DNA of 63,258 bases, filler included. It is 5 parts of 5 records of this genome, joined end to end, with 100 filler letters (N's around TTAATTAATTAA, not from the genome) between each part and the next. Parts side by side here need not be neighbours in the genome. Positions count along the whole stretch, not along the records: positions 32,429 to 37,574 come from SRR2962707_3579; positions 37,675 to 46,674 come from SRR2962707_3583; 3 more parts are not named here. One strand, 5' to 3'. The position numbers were made by a program, and so were the translations under genes. Positions 33,039-43,522 of this stretch are shown one piece after another. The notes below the pieces were generated by a model. That model was not told the DNA's origin. It did not search any database and saw nothing but the letters and a program-made list of their open reading frames with translations. How positions within the stretch are numbered: the stretch's first letter is position 1; each line of letters starts with the position of its first letter.

Positions 33039-36000
33039 TCAGGGATTGCGACCACTGAGTCTTGACCTGATGTCTTGAACCTGCTGTGGGGTGAGCGCGA
33101 GAGCGTCGTCATCGTCGAGACTGCAGAATCGCAAGTAGGCTTTCACAACAATTAAGTGCTGTTGAAAGGCAGGAGAGTTACTGTGCTCCGAGATCCAACG
33201 GTGCAAGAAATGAAGCCCAAAGTTCTTGTACTCTGGGTCGAACTGTCGCTTTTGAACCTCAAGCCAAATGTCAACCCATCCAACAGCAGCCGTCAAATTG
33301 GTGATCATAGTTTCGAGATGGCTTCGGCCACCACCGCTTTGAATTTGGGCTTCTTGAGCCTTCTCCACTACCCATGTGACAATCTTGTCCAATCGAAACA
33401 CGTTGTATGATCGGTTGGAGTTGTGGTAGAGCTTTTCTGCCCAGGCGGGGATATCTTTGCCATTGGGTGCGGCCTGCCGCAGGAGCTCGTCCCAAATTTG
33501 GCCGACCTGAGAGCACATGCACGACGTTGAGATTCAGGGTGAATTCAACAACACTCCATCAATCACAGCTACAGCGCAAAATAGAATAAAAAAAGAAAAC
33601 ATGGGTGAGCAAAAGTACCTTTGGATTTTGACGCCCTTCAGCAGCAACAACTTGCAATTTTTGCAGTGGGCGATTCAGTTGGGAGGCAAGCCGATACACG
33701 TCTCCAGGAGGAAGAAGCATGGACGAAGTGCCCTGGCTCCCTGATGCAGGGGCCATGTCTTTTTCAAGATCTAGTTGAATATTTGCAACCTCGATCTCAG
33801 CAAGCAGCTTAGTTTGGAGTGTTTTGACATACCTGGTGCGCAGCAGAATAGCCACTCGGTGACGAAAGCCGTAATCACAAAGGCAGTGTTGTCAACGTTT
33901 TTTTATTTGTTTTTTTCTCAAAGCAAGCTGCAAGGCACTTACTGCATATTTCCGCGGTCCTGCAGTCGTCCAAGTGCGCTGCGCAAACATTGGACGCGGA
34001 CTCGCACGTCAATGTTATGCGTCTCTGTGCGAGCGCATCGCCGCAGCAGCTCAGCAGCCTTGAGCTGGTCTTCGAGACGACGGTCAAGGTTGCTTGTTGG
34101 CAGCTTGCAGAAAGTAACCAACAGTGGTTCATTTGTTCCGTCATGCTGCCATTCTCCTAACTCTTGGCGGGGGTTCGGCTCTTTGACGTTGCTCAGGTAT
34201 CGCAGAAGCTCAGCCTGGTCCCAGGCAAACTTGCGGAGACAGCATGCGCCGCGAACTCGAGCATCGCGAGAGTCTCGGGTGTCACATATTGTGCAAATCT
34301 CGTGATGACGAAGAATCCAGTCCCTGGCGCGCTCAGTCACCCGTTCACCGGTGGCAAGAAAAGGTCCATACACGTACTTCCGCAAGAAATCGTCCTCTTG
34401 CTCTTGCTCTGCGTGATCCAGGATGCCGAGGAAGACTTCGCGGTTAGCCTCTTCCTCGCTGGGGTCCTCATCCTTGGCCAAGCTGAAAAGCTTGCCGCGA
34501 ACATATTCATAATATGCCTGCGGGTGCCCTCGCTGCTTCGCAGCTCGCAGCATTTCTCGCGCCACTTGGATGCGGAGCTTAGGAGATCCGGCGCCTGCCA
34601 TGCTTGCACCGCTTGCAAGTCCCCCAGCACTAGGCTTATTGTAGAGCTTCTCGCAGTAGTCTTCCAACGATTCGAAGCTGAAGTCCGTTCTGTCACGGAC
34701 GTCACGGAAAACCCGATCGTGAGAGGACAACCGGTCGCCCGCAAAAGTGGCTGCTTTGCGCAGTGCAAAGTCTGATTCTTGAACTACGGAATCAATTGCA
34801 GCGACGGTGTCTGCATAGTACTCAACTGCAGCGGCAGCAAACACAAAGTGACGTGGCTGAAGATACTTTCGGCGCCACCGAACGAGGTCTTCTAGTTCGC
34901 GAACGTCAAGCCCCTTGTGTGACAAGTCCGCCACTGCAGCCATGATGGCATCGTGACAGTGTCGGCGAACCGCCTCCTTAGTGTCCAAAAGATCCAGAAT
35001 GGTGTCCTTGAAAAAGGCTTCAGATTTGTCGTTGAATGCATGTTCTGCTTCAACAGCATCCTCTGAGTTCCCTCGAAGACCAGCAGTATCAGCACTCCCT
35101 GCAAGAGATGCGCGTGGGCGTCCAGCTTCATTGACGACGCGCAAAAATTTGAAAAACTGGATGAGGTAATGAACAAAGTTCAAGATATTTGGGAATTCCT
35201 CGCGGAAAGAGAAGTCGTCCGCTTGCGGGGGGTTGCGCTTGAGCTCGAACATGTTGGGGTGGATCAGCAACTCCAGCAGACGGTCAAGTGTTGAGATGAG
35301 GCGATCGAGGACGCGTTCTGGAACACGGCCGTTGAATGACGCCGACGAGGCCCCTCGTGAAGTAAAGTACGCAAAGGGAATACTGGAAACGCGATACAGT
35401 ACCTGAGCAATAAAAACCTGCACAGCTTCAGCAAATTGGCCTCGCTTAAACTTCTCTGCCTCAGTCGTAAACTTGTCTTCGCTGCGAAAGAGATTGTGAG
35501 TAAACAGGTCTCGTAAATGCGCCCACGTGCGACTACGTCGCTGCTGGTTGGAGTCACTACCGCTCAGTGAGACAGTGTCGCTTCCGCCACAACACAGAAT
35601 GATCAGGAGGATGCAAATATAGTCACGAGCTGCCTCAATCTGATTCCTGTTCGCATGATGGGTTTTGGAGCCGCGAAGAAGCGTGCGGATAAATTCGTTG
35701 ACATCAGCAGCATTCCCGCGCTCTTCCAACGCAAGGCGTTCGTCGAGCAAACGCAGCATGGCGATGCGCTGCACTCTGGACTCACCCACAACCACAAATT
35801 CAGGTGCATGGAAGCGTAGGAGTGGATCTGGGCAATACTCCATGGCGTACTTCCCATTGCTGCATCTCTGGATGTGTGCATGCACATCAACTTCATCCCA
35901 GTCCCCAGAGCCAGCGGCCCCACTGGCGCCAGCTTTTCGCTTCTTCTGCGTCGCCGTGGTCTTGAAGTGCCAGTACAGCTGCTCAACTGCAGTTGCATCA

Positions 36001-37325
36001 TGATTCTCAGCTGCATCGATGTGGTACACTTTTCCGAGCAAGGCAATAGGCCGCTCGTGTGCCCCCTCAGTGGCCACTACATGTTCCAACGAGCGGTGAC
36101 TTCCCTTGCTTTGTCGGCAAGGAAGCGCAGTCACGAACTGCAAGCGATTTAATGGCCCATCGGCAGGCTTCGTGGTCGCAATGAGCATGGTTTGCTTCCA
36201 GCTGAACGGCAGAGCAACCATGACACCCAAAGTCGAGGTTTGGCGGTTTGAGGCAGCTGCGGTCCCCACTGATAGTGCCCGTTTGCCACCCTTGGTCTGC
36301 ATAGTCACGTAAACTACCTCACCATCTTGCATCACGACGGCCAATTTGTACAATGGGTTAGCGCGGCGGAACGGATGCTCGCGATCCAGAAGGAACATCG
36401 CCCGGGGCACGCGAGGTGCGGCGGCAGCACCACCGCCACCTGTCTTGCTGCTGCTGGAGGTTTTTCCTGTTGCAGTAGAGGCCGCCGCTTCGCCACGCAA
36501 CGATATGCGCCGCACGGTTGCTTCGTTCATCATCAGCACAAATATGGCATCGTCCTCCTCGTCGTAGCACATATCAATAATGTCACGACGAGCTAAGAAG
36601 AGGGCACCGACGAACGGCGGAAGAAGCTCGATGAGTTTTTCGTATCCAACAACGCGGGTTTTGGTGCAGGTGATCTCACTGCAGTTTCCGTTCAGGTAGC
36701 GATCTCGAAGAGTGGCGCGACGGTACTCAAGTTCGTACAAAAACCCATCAGCACCGCTCATGAAAATGCGTCCACTTTTGCTGGAGACGATTTTGGTCAT
36801 GGACACGTGATCCGATGAAGTAAAAAAGTCCGTCGGAGTGGGTTGGAGAGTACGCCGGGTGCGGTTGCGTTCCACTTGAAACAGAATGATGTCCACCGTG
36901 GTGGCCACAACCAAGATGTAGGGACTTTCCGCACGACCGGGGAAAACACCATCCTTCGCTCGGCACAAGTGCACGGCAGTGATGGCTTGGTCCAGCTGGT
37001 CCAGTTGGCTGCATTGCAAGGCTGGCCTCAGCGGCACAGGGCCGTCTCCATCGCTTGCCCTGCTGCTGTTTTCTCTGGACGAGATTTCCCAAATGTACAG
37101 GCAGTTGTCAACGGTGGCCCACACGTATTGAAAACACACAGTGCTGTTGCTTCCATCAACCGCGAGCTCCTCCCAGTTGAACACTCCCAAGTTCTTTGCG
37201 ACAAGGTGCGGGCGCTGGAAAATGGCCGGGCACACGACTTCCTGCACGCGGTGAGCTTGGTGTGCAATTTTGCCCCGCTCTCGCAAGGGGATCATTGACA
37301 CAAGGTCTTTGCTGCGCCGCGCCAT
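33039..37325 (-). CDS. NUP155: Nuclear pore protein Nup155/Nup170 homolog; predicted exons 37325-33943, 33832-33619, 33506-33039 (~1354 aa)
   Basis: N-terminal WATVDNCLYIW, ITAVHLCRAKDGVF, ILVVATTVDI, GRIFMSGADGFLYELEY; C-terminal IEVANIQ...IWDELL. Introns 33942-33833 (GTAAGT..CAG) and 33618-33507 (GTAC..CAG) join three track ORFs in phase. Confidence 0.8.
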
Positions 37326-37454
37326 GGTCAAGCGAGAGATGCCCGCCGGGACAAATTGCTGGAAAGTCTGCCTTCAAACGCGGGAGCCGTGCGCTCCCCA
37401 GCACGACAGCGTGACTCCGTCCCTCCACGTGGCAACACGAGCAAGCGTAGACGA

Positions 37455-37544
37455 CTAAAATAAAATAAGCAGAAAGGCAGACCCGCCACCTACTCGAACA
37501 AGAAAAAGAAGAAAAAGATGTCCACCACCTTCGGCTCCACTTAC
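37455..37544 (-). other. Probable 5'-UTR intron of the Nup155 gene
   Basis: GTAAGT donor at 37544, T-rich tract and TTTTAG acceptor at 37455; 90 nt, similar to the other introns. Confidence 0.45.
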
Positions 37545-37550
37545 CAAAGG

Positions 37551-37574
37551 AACAACAACAACAACAACAACAAC
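37551..37574 (+). repeat. (AAC)n microsatellite at contig end
   Basis: Eight AAC units abutting the linker. Confidence 0.9.
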
Positions 37575-37674
37575 NNNNNNNNNNNNNNNNNNNNNNNNNN
37601 NNNNNNNNNNNNNNNNNNTTAATTAATTAANNNNNNNNNNNNNNNNNNNNNNNNNNNNNNNNNNNNNNNNNNNN
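37575..37674. other. Artificial contig linker
   Basis: 44 N + TTAATTAATTAA + 44 N. Confidence 0.98.
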
Positions 37675-38066
37675 TTGAAGCTGACGCCGAACTGGGTAAT
37701 CGATCCGCCATACAGATTTTTTGAGGCAATGAACTCGTCACCCGGTTCCATCAGTGTAAAGAACGTCAGGAACTGAGCTGCATGGCCTGATCCGGCGCAT
37801 ACAGCGGCACGACCGCCTTCCAGATTGGCGATACGCTCTTCGAGCACGGAAACGGTCGGGTTGGTCAGGCGTGAATAGATAAAGCCGAAAGTCTGCAGAT
37901 TGAACAGATCCGATGCATGCTCGACATCATCGAAAACATAGGATGTGGTCTGATAGATCGGCGTCGCCCGGGCGCCGGTCACGGGGTCCGGCTGAGCACC
38001 GGCATGGATGGTGCGGGTCGCGAAGCCGTACTCGGGCGGGCCCGCTTGTTTCTTTTTTTCACTCAT
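37675..38066 (-). CDS. metY: O-acetylhomoserine aminocarboxypropyltransferase, 3'-truncated
   Basis: IHAGAQPDPVTGARATPIYQTTSYVF, YSRLTNPT, LYGGS. Confidence 0.9.
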
Positions 38067-38566
38067 GGCGTTTTATCCAGTTCCAGAGTCATGCAGGTGC
38101 TGAAGTCATCAAGGTTATAATCCGCAAACGGCGGGCAGGTGTTGAAGCCGAATGACGCATAAAGACTGCGGGCGGATATGAAGTCATCCGTTGCGCCTGT
38201 TTCAAGGCTGAGGCGCTGATAACCCCGTTCGCGTGCAGTCTTCAGGATATGCTCAACCATACGCCGTCCATATCCATGGCCCCGGAAAGCCACAGGCGTA
38301 TGCATGGATTTGATTTCGCCGTGCGTCGGGTCGAGTTCCCGCAAAGCCCCGCATCCTATGAGCGCACCCTGCAGCCACATGGTCCAGAATGTAATGCCCG
38401 GCTTTCTCAGGGCTTCAAGATCAAGCGCATGGACACTTTCCGGGGGCGAGATAGCACGCATATGATCCAGATGTGTTTCAAGAAGGGCCTTGATTTCAGG
38501 TCCCTTCAGATCATCGACGCGGATTTCGATCTGAGCTTCTGCCATGTGAGCGGTTGCCGGAATCAA
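38063..38566 (-). CDS. GNAT family N-acetyltransferase (YedL-like)
   Basis: SPPESVHALD, GCGALREL, GEIKSMHT, RGHGYG, RLSLETG. Confidence 0.9.
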   Translation of the reverse strand: MIPATAHMAEAQIEIRVDDLKGPEIKALLETHLDHMRAISPPESVHALDLEALRKPGITFWTMWLQGALIGCGALRELDPTHGEIKSMHTPVAFRGHGYGRRMVEHILKTARERGYQRLSLETGATDDFISARSLYASFGFNTCPPFADYNLDDFSTCMTLELDKTP

Positions 38567-39060
38567 GCCGGCGCCTTCCGACGCTTTGAAGTAATAATGC
38601 CCGAATTAACACCGGACCAGCCAAGTTCACCGAACAGGCGCCCGTATTCGATCTTGGGGCAGCGGTCCATGATGACGGTCAGTCCCGCGTCTTCGGCCCG
38701 CTTTGCGGCGTCTTCGTTGATGACACCCAATTGCATCCAGATGATTTTGATTTGCTTGTCATCCTTCAATTGGATCGCTTCGTCGACGAGAGCGCCGGCC
38801 GCTTCGGAATTCCGGAAGATGTCCAGCATGTCGATAGGCCCAGGTACGTCAGCCAGCGATGCATAGGTCAACCGCCCCCAGATTTCCTTGCCGGCATGGC
38901 CGGGGTTGATCGGGTGCACCTGATAGCCTTTGCCCTGGAGATACTTCATTGCGAAATTCGATGGCCGTACCCAATTCGGACTGGCCCCGGCCATGGCGAT
39001 GGTCCGGGTGTCCTTGAGGACACGCCGCATCAGGTCGTCGTCATATATGAGTGTACTCAT
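38563..39060 (-). CDS. CoA-binding protein (YccU-like)
   Basis: TIAMAGAS...RPS, DMLDIFR, IWMQLGV, MDRCPKIE. Confidence 0.9.
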   Translation of the reverse strand: MSTLIYDDDLMRRVLKDTRTIAMAGASPNWVRPSNFAMKYLQGKGYQVHPINPGHAGKEIWGRLTYASLADVPGPIDMLDIFRNSEAAGALVDEAIQLKDDKQIKIIWMQLGVINEDAAKRAEDAGLTVIMDRCPKIEYGRLFGELGWSGVNSGIITSKRRKAPA

Positions 39061-39932
39061 CCCTTTAACCCCAGCCGTTCACGCGCTTCGGCAACACTGG
39101 CGACACTGCCGCCCAGCTGGTTGACGATATTGCAGGCTTTTTCGACCAATGCTGCGTTCGACGGGGCCAGAACGCCTTTCTCAATGAAGATGTTGTCTTC
39201 GAGCCCGACCCGAGCATTGCCGCCCAGCAGGACAGCTGCGGCGACCATTTGAAACTGGAAGCGGGATATGCCGAACGCTGACCAGACGGCCCCTTCGGGA
39301 AGCAGATCGCGCATGAACTGCATGCTTTCGACCGTTGCCGGTGCGGCATAGTTGATGCCGAGGCAGAACTGGAAGTACGGCGGTGCGTCGATAAGGCCGT
39401 CAGCGATCATCTTCTTGGCAAGAATGATATGCCCGGTATCGAAGACCTCCAGCTCCGGCTTGGCGCCAGCCTTCCGGGCCCTGTCGGCCATGATGGCCAG
39501 GTGATCCGGGTGGTTCAGGAATACATGCTGGTTGAAATTCATGGTAGCGACGTCGAGCGAACAGATCTCCGGCGACATTTCTTCGATATGTACGACACGC
39601 CGCTCCGGCGTTGCCATGGTGCTGTCGTCGGAAGCCTGCCCGGGGATTTCAGGGTGCGGAATATATCGCGCCCCGGGACCGGTGGTCAGGTTGATGATGA
39701 CGTCCGTGCCGCTGTCGCGGATGCGCTCGGTGGTTTCGCGGTATAAGGCCGGATCCATGCTCGGCTTTGTCGTTTCCGGATCACGCACATGAATATGTAC
39801 AATAGCGGCACCGGCCTTGGCGGCATCGATGGCGCTGGCGGCGATTTCTGCCGGCGTGACGGGGACGGCGGGATTCTTGTCGGGGGTCGGCGCGGAACCG
39901 GTAACGGCACATGAGATGATCGTGGACGGCAT
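39057..39932 (-). CDS. Beta-keto acid cleavage enzyme (BKACE/DUF849, Kce-like)
   Basis: ISCAVTGS, VPVTPAEIA, HIHVRD, KPELEVFD, RVGLEDN. Confidence 0.92.
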   Translation of the reverse strand: MPSTIISCAVTGSAPTPDKNPAVPVTPAEIAASAIDAAKAGAAIVHIHVRDPETTKPSMDPALYRETTERIRDSGTDVIINLTTGPGARYIPHPEIPGQASDDSTMATPERRVVHIEEMSPEICSLDVATMNFNQHVFLNHPDHLAIMADRARKAGAKPELEVFDTGHIILAKKMIADGLIDAPPYFQFCLGINYAAPATVESMQFMRDLLPEGAVWSAFGISRFQFQMVAAAVLLGGNARVGLEDNIFIEKGVLAPSNAALVEKACNIVNQLGGSVASVAEARERLGLKG

Positions 39933-39961
39933 TGGATTTCCCTGATGAGAGTTGTTGATTT

Positions 39962-40768
39962 TTATGAGTTGTTACGATCCGGCCAGTCGGGGAGTGGCGA
40001 CTTGTCGAGGAAGCTATCGATGGCTGCCTGTGTCGCTTCCGCCTGCATGTTGCAGGTAATGGCTTTGCCGGCACGCTGATACGCGGCGTCCATGCCCTCT
40101 TCAAGCTGGCGATAGAACAGATATTTGCCCAGCGCAACCGCGTCCGGGCTTTTGGATGCGATCTTGGCGGCCATTTCCCCAACCTCGTCGTCGAGCCGGT
40201 CAGCCGGTACGGCGCGATTGATAAGTCCCCATTCGGTGGCCTGCTCAGCGGGGATCATGTCTCCGGTCATCAATAGTTCCATGGCCTGCTTGCGCCCGAG
40301 GTTTCGGGTAACCGGGACGGACGGGGTCGAGCAGTAAAGACCGACGTTGATCCCAGAGGTGCCGAACTTGGCATGATCAGCTGCAATCGCCAGATCGCAC
40401 TGGGCGACAAGCTGACAGCCTGCCGCAGCGGCCACGCCGTTGACCTTGGCAATAACGGGTTGCGGCAAGTGCGTCATTGCCAACATGTTGTCGGTGCACA
40501 GCGCAAACATCTTCTGCATGGCGGCTTCCGAGGGGTCGGCGCGCATTTCATTCAGATCGTGTCCGGCGCAGAACGCCTTGCCGGCACCCGTTATCACGAC
40601 AACGCGGATGGACGTATCGTCTTTCAGTGCTGCCAGGTGTGCTTTCAGTTCCAGCATCAACGGTGTTGAAAGAGTATTGAAGGCGTTCGGGCGATTGAGC
40701 GTCAGTGTCGCAATTCCGTGGTCATCGGAACGCAGGACCAGAGCTTCATTTTTAGCCGCTTCAGTCAT
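39962..40768 (-). CDS. Enoyl-CoA hydratase/isomerase family protein
   Basis: AFCAGHDL, PQPVIAKVNGVAAAAGCQLVAQCD, GLYCSTP. Confidence 0.92.
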   Translation of the reverse strand: MTEAAKNEALVLRSDDHGIATLTLNRPNAFNTLSTPLMLELKAHLAALKDDTSIRVVVITGAGKAFCAGHDLNEMRADPSEAAMQKMFALCTDNMLAMTHLPQPVIAKVNGVAAAAGCQLVAQCDLAIAADHAKFGTSGINVGLYCSTPSVPVTRNLGRKQAMELLMTGDMIPAEQATEWGLINRAVPADRLDDEVGEMAAKIASKSPDAVALGKYLFYRQLEEGMDAAYQRAGKAITCNMQAEATQAAIDSFLDKSPLPDWPDRNNS

Positions 40769-40858
40769 GATATTTCTCCCTGCCTGAGTGTCGCTAACCG
40801 CATCGATAATGACAAGGGAAGAGGGGGCAATGCGTATGCGCGTTGAACTGATTTTAAA

Positions 40859-40874
40859 GTGACGTTAACGTAAA
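40859..40874. promoter_or_regulatory. Candidate LiuR-type (MerR family) operator
   Basis: GTGACGTTAACGTAAA palindrome resembles TT(T/G)ACGTwwACGTAAA and lies between divergent acyl-CoA genes. Confidence 0.5.
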
Positions 40875-40916
40875 CGGAAATCAAATGAATATACACCTGC
40901 AGGATGGAAGCTAGCG

Positions 40917-41333
40917 ATGCCGCAAATTACCGTCGACGCCTTCAATGAGATCGTTGCCGATGAACTGCCATGGGCGCACGAACTTGGTGTGAAGGCGACC
41001 GAGATCGGGGAGGGGACGGCGACGCTGATGATCCCCTATGATGCGAAGATGCTGCGCCCGGGCGGCACCATGTCGGGGCCGACGATGATGATGCTGGCTG
41101 ATGCCTGCATGTACGCGGTGGTGCTTTCGGAAATCGGCATCGTCAAGCTGGCGGTGACGACCAACCTGAACATCAACTTTCTGCGCAAGCCTGAACCGCG
41201 CGATCTGTTGGCGAAGGGTTCCATGTTGAAGCTCGGCAAGCGCCTTGCGGTGATGGCCGTCGATGTCTACTCCGAAGGCTCGGACGATCTGGTCGCGCAT
41301 ACGACGGGGACGTATTCCATTCCGCCGAGATAA
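40917..41333 (+). CDS. PaaI family thioesterase
   Basis: LRPGGTMSGPTMMMLAD, AVTTNLNINFLRKP, LKLGKRLAV. Confidence 0.92.
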   Translation: MPQITVDAFNEIVADELPWAHELGVKATEIGEGTATLMIPYDAKMLRPGGTMSGPTMMMLADACMYAVVLSEIGIVKLAVTTNLNINFLRKPEPRDLLAKGSMLKLGKRLAVMAVDVYSEGSDDLVAHTTGTYSIPPR

Positions 41334-41558
41334 TCGAATGTAAAGTCGATGACCTGCTAGCCGATGAACCCGAAAGAGCCATGATTTCAAGGGGCTGGGC
41401 TTAATATGTAAATATGAGGTATTATAATACCATAATCGTAAGTTTCAGTTTTTAGGCGCTTTTTCCGTTGACTTCCGAATATTCGGTGTCATATTCCCGT
41501 CCGCGCACCGCAGGGGCGGCGCGTTTTGTTGTTTTTATTGGAAAGCGGAATCAAGCAA

Positions 41559-42020
41559 ATGAAAACCATTTCCGCCAAGGCCGCGGATATCGACCGCAAG
41601 TGGCACGTGATCGACGCTGAAGGCGTCATCCTCGGCCGTCTTGCCGCTGTTATTGCGACGCGGCTGCGTGGCAAACACAAGCCGCTCTATACGCCTCACG
41701 TCGACTGCGGTGACAACATCATTGTCATCAATGCCGAAAAAGTGCGTCTGACCGGTCGTAAAATGCAGGACAAGCGTTATTACCGCCACACGGGTCACCC
41801 GGGCGGTATCAAGGAAACCTCGCCGGAGAAGATCTTTGCCGGTGCATTCCCCGAGCGTGTCGTCCAGAAGGCCGTTGAACGTATGATCCCGCGCTCGCCG
41901 CTGGGCCGTCAGCAGCTCTCCAAGCTCCATGTCTATGCCGGGTCCGAGCACCCGCACGAAGCGCAGCAGCCGGAAGCTCTGGATGTTGCCGGCATGAACC
42001 CGAAAAACAAAAGGAAGTGA
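41559..42020 (+). CDS. rplM: 50S ribosomal protein L13
   Basis: [45 protein letters not shown]. Confidence 0.98.
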   Translation: MKTISAKAADIDRKWHVIDAEGVILGRLAAVIATRLRGKHKPLYTPHVDCGDNIIVINAEKVRLTGRKMQDKRYYRHTGHPGGIKETSPEKIFAGAFPERVVQKAVERMIPRSPLGRQQLSKLHVYAGSEHPHEAQQPEALDVAGMNPKNKRK

Positions 42021-42023
42021 TCC

Positions 42024-42518
42024 ATGGCTGAGGAAACCAAAACCCTCGAGGATCTCAAGGATCTCGTCGATCCGGCGCTGGCCGAAGCCGCCGCCGAAAA
42101 CCAGGCCCCGCGCGTTCAGCAGCTTGATGAACACGGCCGTGCCTATGCCACCGGCCGTCGTAAAGATGCGGTCGCCCGTGTCTGGATCAAGCCGGGCCGT
42201 GGAGTCATCACCGTCAATGGCCGTGAGATCGAGCGTTATTTCGCCCGTCCGGTGCTGCGCATGGTGATCAACCAGCCGTTTGAAGTTGCTGCCCGTGAAG
42301 GCCAGTACGACGTCTATGTCACCGTCAAGGGTGGCGGTCTTTCCGGTCAGGCCGGTGCCGTCCGTCACGGCATTTCCCGTGCGCTGACCCTCTATGAGCC
42401 GGACCTGCGTGGGACGCTCAAGAAGGAAGGCTTCCTGACCCGTGACTCGCGTACGGTTGAACGTAAGAAGTACGGCCGCCGCAAGGCCCGCCGGAGCTTC
42501 CAGTTCTCCAAACGCTAA
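42024..42518 (+). CDS. rpsI: 30S ribosomal protein S9
   Basis: [38 protein letters not shown]. Confidence 0.98.
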   Translation: MAEETKTLEDLKDLVDPALAEAAAENQAPRVQQLDEHGRAYATGRRKDAVARVWIKPGRGVITVNGREIERYFARPVLRMVINQPFEVAAREGQYDVYVTVKGGGLSGQAGAVRHGISRALTLYEPDLRGTLKKEGFLTRDSRTVERKKYGRRKARRSFQFSKR

Positions 42519-42542
42519 TCGCGTTTACAAGTTCTGTATGGA

Positions 42543-42570
42543 AGAGGGCTGCCTTCGGGCGGCCCTTTTT
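42543..42570 (+). terminator. Intrinsic terminator of rplM-rpsI
   Basis: AGGGCTGCC-TTCG-GGCGGCCCT followed by a T run. Confidence 0.85.
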
Positions 42571-42596
42571 CGTTGTTTGTGTTCAGTCTAAGTATT

Positions 42597-42962
42597 TCAG
42601 GGCACGATCGCAGGTTTGACGTCGTCGAGCGCGTGCGAAATCCGTTCCATATCGGCACGCGATATGTCGAGCTCTGCGCAGGCTTCCTTGATGTGCGATA
42701 CGAACGCGTTGAAGTGCTCTTCCGTTATGATGCTGCCGTTCTTGTGAAGCCTGTGATGCGCCGCATACAGCTTGTCTGTGACGATGTCGGTATTGCCGAG
42801 GAACAGCATGGTGAAGAACAGGTGATGCTTGCGCGACAGCACGTCCATATCGACATCTTCGAAGATGGGCATGAGAAGCGGATCGCTTTCGAGTTTTTGC
42901 CTTAGCCGCCGAGAGATTTCTTCCAGGGTATGTTCATCGCTGAGGTCGCTTGACGGAGGCAT
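42597..42962 (-). CDS. Divergent group I truncated (2/2) hemoglobin-like protein
   Basis: DPLLMPIFEDVDM, AAH (proximal His) and ITEEHFNAFVSHI pattern of GlbN-type globins. Confidence 0.7.
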   Translation of the reverse strand: MPPSSDLSDEHTLEEISRRLRQKLESDPLLMPIFEDVDMDVLSRKHHLFFTMLFLGNTDIVTDKLYAAHHRLHKNGSIITEEHFNAFVSHIKEACAELDISRADMERISHALDDVKPAIVP

Positions 42963-43080
42963 GTATCCGGTTCCGTTTCTATATCAAATTGTCGCGTACT
43001 GTGAGATTGAGACTTGGTCGCATTGTAACGAGAAGACCTGAAGACATCATGACAGTCTGTCACTGTAAGGGACGGATCCG

Positions 43081-43422
43081 TCAGGTTTTTTTGACAAATA
43101 TCGATTTAAGGCCCATCGGACCGATCCCCGGGATCTTGCAGTCGATATCATGGTCGCCGTCGACAAGGCGTATGTTCTTGACCTTGGTGCCGACCTTGAC
43201 GACCGAGGAAGAACCTTTGACCTTCAGGTCCTTGATCACGGTCACGTCGTCGCCATCTTGAAGAACATTGCCATTGGCATCGCGCACGATGGTTTCGTTA
43301 TCGCCACTATCCGGCGCCTGGTCTTTAGGCCATTCGTGGGCGCACATCGGGCAAATCAGCATGGCGCCGTCTTCATAGACGCAATCGGATTGGCATTTCG
43401 GACAATCGGGTAGGGGATCCAT
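43081..43422 (-). CDS. yjdM: Zinc-ribbon protein YjdM (PhnA family)
   Basis: CPKC...[37 protein letters not shown]. Confidence 0.92.
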   Translation of the reverse strand: MDPLPDCPKCQSDCVYEDGAMLICPMCAHEWPKDQAPDSGDNETIVRDANGNVLQDGDDVTVIKDLKVKGSSSVVKVGTKVKNIRLVDGDHDIDCKIPGIGPMGLKSIFVKKT

Positions 43423-43522
43423 TGAACACATTCCAGGACATTAAGGGAGGATGACCCCGACCTACGATGTGCCCGGTCTAAATACAATAGTAACCTGTGG
43501 ATTTGTGCTTACTTTTTGCGGT

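Noticed and set aside
33928-33942. 15-nt micro-intron GTAAGTGCCTTGCAG in Nup155
   Set aside because: It leads into A-rich sequence with a stop; the 110-nt intron gives an in-phase nucleoporin-like continuation.
10289-37574. Bacteria-eukaryote horizontal transfer
   Set aside because: All bacterial-eukaryotic junctions coincide with artificial linkers.
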